From the sequence record PV654397.1: a stretch of 64,000 bases of DNA; one strand, given 5' to 3'. This document shows, piece by piece, positions 40,265-46,715 of the stretch. Every line of letters starts with the position of its first letter. Position 1 is the stretch's first letter. Made by a program: the position numbers and the translations under genes. The notes under the pieces are model-generated. The model saw nothing but the letters and a program-made list of their open reading frames with translations. It was not told the DNA's origin and did not search any database.

Positions 40265-40781
40265 ATAAAAAAGAGACAATTAAGTCTCTCTTGACGATGA
40301 TGGCATCGGATATTATCGAATTGCGAATTTCTCAAATTTTGGACGGATCTTTCCTGTACCAAAATTTAGAGAGCGAAAGCGGGTTGCTCGGTTTCTCTCT
40401 ATCGCAGTCATATGCAACGGTCGCTGGTCTTTTCATCAACAGCACTCAGTACTAAACTCTATTCGATCAAAGTAGTACCTGTTCTCAAATTTTGGACGCA
40501 ACTTTCTTGTAAAATCGCGTCCACAATCCTTGAACTCCCTTAGCAAATTCGTAAGGTGCGAACCTTATACATCTATCTAGGAACTCTCTGTGTGCTTATT
40601 GGAGTTCTTTATACAGCCGTGTCGCCGTGATTCGTGGTCTTATCTCGTGTTTGTTTGATTGCCAGTACTCTAACAGGTTTCTTTTGCTGTTCGCTACAAC
40701 GGTAAAGCTCATCTATCCTTTACATTTTCAAGAGAAGTAGGTTCTCATTATCCATTTTTCAATGTCCGTTGTCATTTTACA
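40265..40781 (-). ncRNA. Candidate large structured non-coding RNA (or structured DNA element)
   Basis: No convincing CDS; promoter at 40788-40815; terminator-like stem at 40264-40292; at least 7 hairpins; about 42% GC versus about 28% in the left flank (hand-counted samples). Confidence 0.5.
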
Positions 40782-40787
40782 ATATAC

Positions 40788-40815
40788 ATTATATCACTAG
40801 GATGTATTATGTCCA
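40788..40815 (-). promoter_or_regulatory. Sigma70-like promoter firing into the non-coding region
   Basis: TGGACA-16-TATAAT with extended TGn. Confidence 0.7.
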
Positions 40816-40816
40816 G

Positions 40817-41230
40817 TTACATGTATACCTTTTTCAAATCCTTGGAACAACGGTCAAAAATTGTGTTGATGAATTCGACATCCTCTTTGATATTGGAGTC
40901 TATAGCATCATTCTCGTTTCTTGTCGTGTTCCTGTATTTGTGTTCAGGGTGATTGTATACCACCTTGACTACATTATTTAGGTCTACAAAAAATGACGAT
41001 TTTTGCGTATAGGAAGCCTGAAGCTTAATGAGTTTACCATCGTTTTGTAGATTAGTCTTGTGAATTAGTTCTTCAATACCATCTAAATGGCTATAGCTAT
41101 CCTGTTCTTTGACGAATGTAACAGTTACCAGTACTGACTTCTCATCTCCAAAGTCAGAGATATTTTTAACAGCACTGATGATTTCTAAGTTTGAAAAATC
41201 TAATTCTTTTAGCATTACAAGTATTTCCAC
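40817..41230 (-). CDS. Hypothetical protein
   Basis: 137-aa ORF. Confidence 0.7.
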   Translation of the reverse strand: MEILVMLKELDFSNLEIISAVKNISDFGDEKSVLVTVTFVKEQDSYSHLDGIEELIHKTNLQNDGKLIKLQASYTQKSSFFVDLNNVVKVVYNHPEHKYRNTTRNENDAIDSNIKEDVEFINTIFDRCSKDLKKVYM

Positions 41231-41571
41231 AAAGTTCGATAAGTGATAATTTCTTCTCTGGTAACAGAAACTTCATAGCACTTAACACCATCAGTTTCAT
41301 TTCTGAATGGTTCTGCTGGTCTATCTTCTGTTAAACCTCGTTCATACGTACAATGATAATATTTGTTCGTGTTCATGTCAAGAAAAACTAGATCAAATTC
41401 TTCTGTCCATCGTCTATGCCCTTTACTTTCATTACTAATGATTTTGTACTTAACATCGGGATTGAATGATTCAGTACTGTCATCCCATGTACCATAGTCA
41501 GTATATTCATCATCTTCATCTAACTCTGCCAGATGCCACATTAACTGCGGTAAAAAGATTTTAGATTTCAT
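41215..41571 (-). CDS. Hypothetical protein
   Basis: 118-aa ORF, GHRRWTE...YERGLTE. Confidence 0.7.
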   Translation of the reverse strand: MKSKIFLPQLMWHLAELDEDDEYTDYGTWDDSTESFNPDVKYKIISNESKGHRRWTEEFDLVFLDMNTNKYYHCTYERGLTEDRPAEPFRNETDGVKCYEVSVTREEIITYRTLWKYL

Positions 41572-41625
41572 TTATTTTCTCCAAAAAAATAGGGACTCGA
41601 TTTCTCAAGTCCCTATCATAACATA

Positions 41626-42237
41626 TTAATTGTGATTATTCAATTTCTTTTGTTCTTTTTTTAGAGCTTTCATATGTCGTCCAAAATCACGAACATGCCA
41701 TATATGGTCGGTTTCCCATAGTTCTGTACGTAAACGGCGTTCTTCCAATTCTTCTGGAGTAGGAATTTTAGATTTCTTCTTATCTTTATTGAAAAAATCA
41801 TTCATATGTTCTTCCAGTAGATTTCTACCCTTAACTTTTTCCAGGAATTCATCTACTGATTCAGTTTTATTAGAACGAAGACTGTTACAACGTGAACACA
41901 TGGTGTTGTAATTTGACTCTAAATCAGGTCCACCCTTAGATGCTAGTTGGTTATGATCTACTGTCATCAGTACTTCATATAGACCACAAACTGCATAGAC
42001 ATTTAAGTGAGGTTTACCATATACCGGATCAGTGCTATGTGAACGCTCAATGCGAACTTCAGTAGCTTCAATGCCACACGCAACGCATTTGCAATTCTTA
42101 ACGAATGTCAGTACTTTTTGTGGGAAGTATCGGAAAGTAACACCGTTATATGTATAGCGTTTCATCTGTGTACTTCTTTGATTTAACTCATTAAGAAGTG
42201 ATAGTTTGGCAACATAGTAGACCTGATATTTTGACAT
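41626..42237 (-). CDS. HNH endonuclease
   Basis: CVACG, TVDH, SKGG, N...MCSRCN..RSN. Confidence 0.85.
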   Translation of the reverse strand: MSKYQVYYVAKLSLLNELNQRSTQMKRYTYNGVTFRYFPQKVLTFVKNCKCVACGIEATEVRIERSHSTDPVYGKPHLNVYAVCGLYEVLMTVDHNQLASKGGPDLESNYNTMCSRCNSLRSNKTESVDEFLEKVKGRNLLEEHMNDFFNKDKKKSKIPTPEELEERRLRTELWETDHIWHVRDFGRHMKALKKEQKKLNNHN

Positions 42238-42239
42238 TT

Positions 42240-42554
42240 TTAATCCTCGGATTTAATTTTAACCTTAACATCTTGATTTTGTAAATCACGAATAGTTTTA
42301 ATTAATGCATCATGTTTTAGTGCACAGTCATTGTACATTGCATCCCATTTTGCAAGTACTGCGAGAATTTCAGCACCATCATATCCTCTGAACCCATTTT
42401 TATCGACCATGATCTTACTTGGTAGTGGTGTGTTTTCATCACAACGTTCAAGTAAGATTTCTTGTTCTACAATTGGCTTAGGTTTATACTTAATTTCTTC
42501 AGCACAACCACTAATTAATAGAAAAGAAATTGCAAATACTAAAGCGTATTTCAT
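42240..42554 (-). CDS. o-spanin (Rz1-like lipoprotein)
   Basis: Lipobox LISGC, Pro-rich, further Cys residues; ATGA overlap with i-spanin. Confidence 0.8.
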   Translation of the reverse strand: MKYALVFAISFLLISGCAEEIKYKPKPIVEQEILLERCDENTPLPSKIMVDKNGFRGYDGAEILAVLAKWDAMYNDCALKHDALIKTIRDLQNQDVKVKIKSED

Positions 42555-42925
42555 TTGAATTTATTCCTCGCTGCAAGGGAATTCTGTTTAAGTTCATTCA
42601 GAAGTTTAACGCCATCTTCATCTAGACATACGTTTTTGTAAACTTCTCTTTCTACTATAATAGGCACTTGTGTCTCGATAACTTTAGCATTATCTTGCAT
42701 TATCTTTTTGGTTTCGATATAGTTTTTTGCATTTTCTTGCTGCATCTTAGCGAGTGCAGAATCAACTTTCTTTTCTATTTTTTGGTCAATACTTTCTTTA
42801 TAACCAGTATAATAAGTATTTGCTGACCATCCACCGTAAACACAACCTGCCATTACACCTACTACCAAAATTGGTTTCCAATATGGTATTAAAACTTTTG
42901 AAACAATAATTTCTAGTACACTCAT
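42551..42925 (-). CDS. i-spanin (Rz-like)
   Basis: N-terminal TM helix, coiled coil, VYKNVCLDEDG C-terminus. Confidence 0.8.
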   Translation of the reverse strand: MSVLEIIVSKVLIPYWKPILVVGVMAGCVYGGWSANTYYTGYKESIDQKIEKKVDSALAKMQQENAKNYIETKKIMQDNAKVIETQVPIIVEREVYKNVCLDEDGVKLLNELKQNSLAARNKFK

Positions 42926-42978
42926 AATAACATCTCCTATAGTTGGTAATATTATTTAGAGTGTACTATATTATATGT

Positions 42979-43395
42979 TTACAACATTTTTTGAATATGA
43001 TCTACGAGTTTATACAGTTTAGTGTTTTCATTCTCGTATTCCAAATCAACTTCAACTTTGAATTCTTCTTCAAGTTCCATGATCATTTCAAGCCAGTCAA
43101 GCCAATCGAATTTAAATTTTTCCACGACTTCACATTTAGTAAGATGGAAGTTCATTGATACATCTTTTTCGGATGCATTTTTGTCGCGACTTGTAATGAA
43201 TTTGACAATTGCTTTTTCAACGTCAGTTAGTTCACGTGTGCGATATTCTGGTTCAAGATACCATTCGCCATTATTGATAGCTTCCAACGAAAGTCTAAGT
43301 TCATGCATTAGTTTATAACGATCAGTACTTTTATGGATGCGGTTAACTTCGCGATTCAGTACACGTAGTGCGTCTTTGATTTGTTCGTTTAGCAT
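42979..43395 (-). CDS. Acyl carrier protein-like domain protein lacking the Ppant serine
   Basis: FDWLDWLEMIMELEEEFKVEV versus ACP [21 protein letters not shown]; start reassigned to MLNEQ. Confidence 0.72.
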   Translation of the reverse strand: MLNEQIKDALRVLNREVNRIHKSTDRYKLMHELRLSLEAINNGEWYLEPEYRTRELTDVEKAIVKFITSRDKNASEKDVSMNFHLTKCEVVEKFKFDWLDWLEMIMELEEEFKVEVDLEYENENTKLYKLVDHIQKML

Positions 43396-43405
43396 AACAA
43401 TCCTC

Positions 43406-44644
43406 TTATTTTTTACTGTACCATTGCATTTCACGGATATCTAATAGTACCTTCGTAGCCAACTTTATGTTTGGTTTCTTCGGTAGATGGGTCTTATGAT
43501 ACGCCACATTTCGGATGTAGTCAACCTTTTCGTTGAAATAATCCATAACTTCTTGATACAACCACTTCCCGTTACGAATGTCCATCAACATAGCAGCATC
43601 CGGTCGGTGAACTTGGATGATACCAGTTTCAAGTGCTTCCTGTGCTGTATTCAGCAGCCTGATTGTATGCATAGCATGTTTGCAGTCATAACCGTGGTGT
43701 GATTCAAGAATAGCACGTTTGGCATTACGATTCTGCTTCCATTTGTGATAACTCTTACGGTTCTCACTATTTTCTTTGTATTCCTTTTCATTGAATTTTA
43801 CAATGAGTTCAGGACGAACTTTCAATTCTTCTGTAGTACGTTCTTTGTTGAAGTAACGTAGTGAACCATCAGCATTCACTGTACTTTCATTCGGGTTGAT
43901 AATTACCCCAAAGATGTTTTCACCGTAATGGATTAGTTCATACCCTGAATTGTAATTCAATAAATTGAAATCACGATCTAATACTTTATCAGTACTATAA
44001 TTATGTACTAAACGTACAAAATGATATTGTTTCAATGCTTGTGTTGAAACTAATTGTAATGAAGTATCACGCATGTATTTTTCAAAATCAATTTTTGTAG
44101 CATTGAATGGGTGAAGATTGGATTTATTCAAACGGTCAACCAAATACTGCGGGAATGTATCATACATCCATGAAAGTACTTCGTCAACTGGATGTTCTTC
44201 TAAAATTTCATTTAGTTTACGTTCAGCAATTCGTTCCTTATCGAGCCAGCCGTGGTGATTAGACATACGCTTAACCTGATTGTATGCATATCCACTGTAT
44301 GAGTGTGCAATCTTTGAACTCAATAATTGCTGATTGAATGAGCGTAGATAGTCATAGATTTCAGTACTTTCTACGATGTGTTCCGGTTTAACCCATAGTG
44401 ATTCAAGAATGTTTGGGTTAGCTTCAGTATACAGACTTAAGTACTGATTGATTTCATAAAATTTAGTATCTTCTTCAGAAGTATCTGAAACTTCCTTAAC
44501 ATTAAAAAAAGGAGTTAGGATATATTCTTTGTTTGCAAGGAAGATACCACGATAATCTGTATCACTTTCTGGTGTGCTTGTGCCATACGCCTGTGAACCA
44601 GCTAAGTGTTTCACAATAGTTTGTTCTAGAAAATTGTTTTTCAT
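43406..44644 (-). CDS. Pol-beta superfamily nucleotidyltransferase (COG3541/RlaP-like)
   Basis: GSQAYGTSTPESDTDYRG, NPNILESLW, YDCKHAMHTIRLL, L.DIRNG. Confidence 0.88.
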   Translation of the reverse strand: MKNNFLEQTIVKHLAGSQAYGTSTPESDTDYRGIFLANKEYILTPFFNVKEVSDTSEEDTKFYEINQYLSLYTEANPNILESLWVKPEHIVESTEIYDYLRSFNQQLLSSKIAHSYSGYAYNQVKRMSNHHGWLDKERIAERKLNEILEEHPVDEVLSWMYDTFPQYLVDRLNKSNLHPFNATKIDFEKYMRDTSLQLVSTQALKQYHFVRLVHNYSTDKVLDRDFNLLNYNSGYELIHYGENIFGVIINPNESTVNADGSLRYFNKERTTEELKVRPELIVKFNEKEYKENSENRKSYHKWKQNRNAKRAILESHHGYDCKHAMHTIRLLNTAQEALETGIIQVHRPDAAMLMDIRNGKWLYQEVMDYFNEKVDYIRNVAYHKTHLPKKPNIKLATKVLLDIREMQWYSKK

Positions 44645-45042
44645 AAGTAAATCGTTAACTCCTTTAGAAAACCATTATAGTATCGTTTAAAATCATGATC
44701 CAGTACTTGATAGTCATTGTAACTAAATCCAAGATTGATGATGGTATCTTCTTGGAAGAATTTCTCTTCATTCATTACTTCGATGGGTTCGTATTCTTTC
44801 CCACCTTTATATACTTTAGTAAAGAACATACCATCATTGTTAATTTCAACGTACATGAAATTATTTTCTGGATCTCGTGGGCACACAATGTTTAGTGAAC
44901 TTGTCCCGTTGTTATTATATTCGTATGAAATAATATCAAAAGAATCGATGCCATAACATTTGGACTTTTCTTTGTCACCAAAGACTTTTCTATCTGTACT
45001 CATATTGCGTATAGTACTGTAGATATCATCGATTGTAGTCAT
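44641..45042 (-). CDS. Hypothetical protein, Q..F..D paralog family
   Basis: MNEEKFFQEDTII motif. Confidence 0.7.
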   Translation of the reverse strand: MTTIDDIYSTIRNMSTDRKVFGDKEKSKCYGIDSFDIISYEYNNNGTSSLNIVCPRDPENNFMYVEINNDGMFFTKVYKGGKEYEPIEVMNEEKFFQEDTIINLGFSYNDYQVLDHDFKRYYNGFLKELTIYL

Positions 45043-45044
45043 AA

Positions 45045-45554
45045 TTAACCACCGTACTTTGACTTATATGTTTCTAAAGATAAAGAAATGCGATTTTGCT
45101 TTTTAATTCTTTCATCAATATCCTTTGAATTCTTAACACTTCTGTATACATCAGCTAATAAATTATAATCTTCTTTATTTGAGCTATGTAATGCCCAACC
45201 TATATCTGTTTTGATTCGAACATATGCTTTATTTGATGTGAAATAAAAATTGAATCCGTTAGACCCATCAAAAATATCATAAGTATTTACCCAATCTCCA
45301 TAAGGAAAACTCATTGGTACTGACTCATAATCAATGGTGATATCCGATAAATTTTTAGAACAGTACTTTACGAAGTGGTAAACAATCGGATCACATTTTG
45401 ATAATTCGTATTTGTATTCAATGATAGTTTTTCTATTAGTATCATTGATGGCATATTCTTTCATCAATGGACTTTTTTTGATGATAAGAGTCCATAGAAA
45501 CGATTCTAATCCAGTTTCATCAACTTTTTCTTTCTTTTTGAAAAATGAAATCAT
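45045..45554 (-). CDS. Hypothetical protein, KS..EYKYELSK triad 1
   Basis: IIKKSPLMKE...RKTIIEYKYELSK. Confidence 0.75.
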   Translation of the reverse strand: MISFFKKKEKVDETGLESFLWTLIIKKSPLMKEYAINDTNRKTIIEYKYELSKCDPIVYHFVKYCSKNLSDITIDYESVPMSFPYGDWVNTYDIFDGSNGFNFYFTSNKAYVRIKTDIGWALHSSNKEDYNLLADVYRSVKNSKDIDERIKKQNRISLSLETYKSKYGG

Positions 45555-46072
45555 TTATATAAACCCTTAATTTTCTGTCTATTATGTATATCATTTTGCT
45601 GAATTTTCAAATTAGTAAGATTGTGTCTTACACCTTCAACGCCACGCATTATTTGTAACATAATTAGTGATTCGTCATATGTTAGAACATTGCTATTATT
45701 ATCGATATATACTTTCACTCCACTTTCAAGATAATCATTTTCTTTGGAGTTAAAGTTTCTAATAGCAAACTTAACGCCATTTGTTGCATCACTGAATACA
45801 TATCGTTCCGCACCGTAGAATGTTTTTCCACGAAATAAACCGCCTTCTTCAAACTTCCAACGACTGGATTCATAATCATTAACGTAATCAATGATTAATG
45901 GTAGCAAAGGGTGTTTGCTCAATTTATATTTTGCTTCTAACAGAACACGACGATCTTGATCTGTATTGATGATATCTTTAAGTGTGAAACTTTTTGATAT
46001 AATTTTAAAGATAATTTCATGCCAAATTAAAGTACTGTTTTGTTTTCCAACTGGGCCAAAAAACATATTCAT
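45551..46072 (-). CDS. Hypothetical protein, triad 2
   Basis: IISKSFTLKD...RRVLLEAKYKLSK. Confidence 0.75.
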   Translation of the reverse strand: MNMFFGPVGKQNSTLIWHEIIFKIISKSFTLKDIINTDQDRRVLLEAKYKLSKHPLLPLIIDYVNDYESSRWKFEEGGLFRGKTFYGAERYVFSDATNGVKFAIRNFNSKENDYLESGVKVYIDNNSNVLTYDESLIMLQIMRGVEGVRHNLTNLKIQQNDIHNRQKIKGLYK

Positions 46073-46078
46073 TCCTCA

Positions 46079-46645
46079 TTAGTATAAATCAGTAATGTCT
46101 TTGTATGCATTAATCTGTTTTTGTTGTAATGAAAGTTCATTGAGTTTAGTTACCATTTTATCTACACCAACACGTATATAGAAAATAATAAATGAATCTA
46201 ACTTGCCTAGAGTAATTCTTGAACTGAAAGTTGAAAGTTTTCTTGCATAAACATAAATTTCTTCTTCACTTGGTAAACGTTTCTCAATCAGCAAGTTTTC
46301 CACACCATTCGGCTCATAATCAATCTCGAACTCTACGCCTATCACAGTATCTTGAATGATATCAGTATATGAACCACCGAAAAAAAACTCTCTTGGTTTG
46401 GTTCTCCAACGAGGACTAAATGGGTCAGATGCGTATTCTTTTACAAATTTGTAAAAGGACATTTTACTGAGCATATACTTCATCTCAATTAGTGCTTTGC
46501 GGTCATCATCAGTTTTAAACTCTGCTTTGAGCGATGGACTTTTACACAGTAACTTAACTAAATTGTTGTACATCTTTAATGTACGTTGGTCTTTCATTTC
46601 TTGGATTTTGTGACGCTTTGGTGGTGGTAGTAAAGATTTGACCAT
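46079..46645 (-). CDS. Hypothetical protein, triad 3
   Basis: LLCKSPSLKA...RKALIEMKYMLSK. Confidence 0.75.
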   Translation of the reverse strand: MVKSLLPPPKRHKIQEMKDQRTLKMYNNLVKLLCKSPSLKAEFKTDDDRKALIEMKYMLSKMSFYKFVKEYASDPFSPRWRTKPREFFFGGSYTDIIQDTVIGVEFEIDYEPNGVENLLIEKRLPSEEEIYVYARKLSTFSSRITLGKLDSFIIFYIRVGVDKMVTKLNELSLQQKQINAYKDITDLY

Positions 46646-46668
46646 AATTTCCTCCTGTATTTTCTAGC

Positions 46669-46697
46669 ATTATACACATAAAAGAAAAGCCCGTCAA
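46669..46697 (-). promoter_or_regulatory. Sigma70-like promoter overlapping a terminator hairpin
   Basis: TTGACG-17-TATAAT; the -35 box lies within aagcccgtc-aata-gacgagctt. Confidence 0.75.
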
Positions 46698-46715
46698 TAG
46701 ACGAGCTTAAAATTT

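Noticed and set aside
40225-40300. Group I intron-like words (GAGACU ... AAAUAGUCC) on the minus strand
   Set aside because: No interrupted gene, no recognisable P3/P4/Q elements, and both words sit in or next to local hairpins. Only an Infernal search could revive this.
40147-40455. ORFs 40147-40362(-) and 40192-40455(+)
   Set aside because: No RBS, atypical composition, and they overlap dense hairpins; likely chance ORFs in GC-richer DNA.
32012-40498. CRISPR-like arrays from the 43-bp duplication or the 17-nt repeat
   Set aside because: Only two copies each, no regular spacers and no cas genes.
40590-40700. tmRNA-like tag frame (ANSKRN...) or RNase P-like GGAAAG word in the structured element
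   Set aside because: No tRNA-like ends, T-arm or CCA, no ALAA-type tag end, and no RNase P P4 partner strand.
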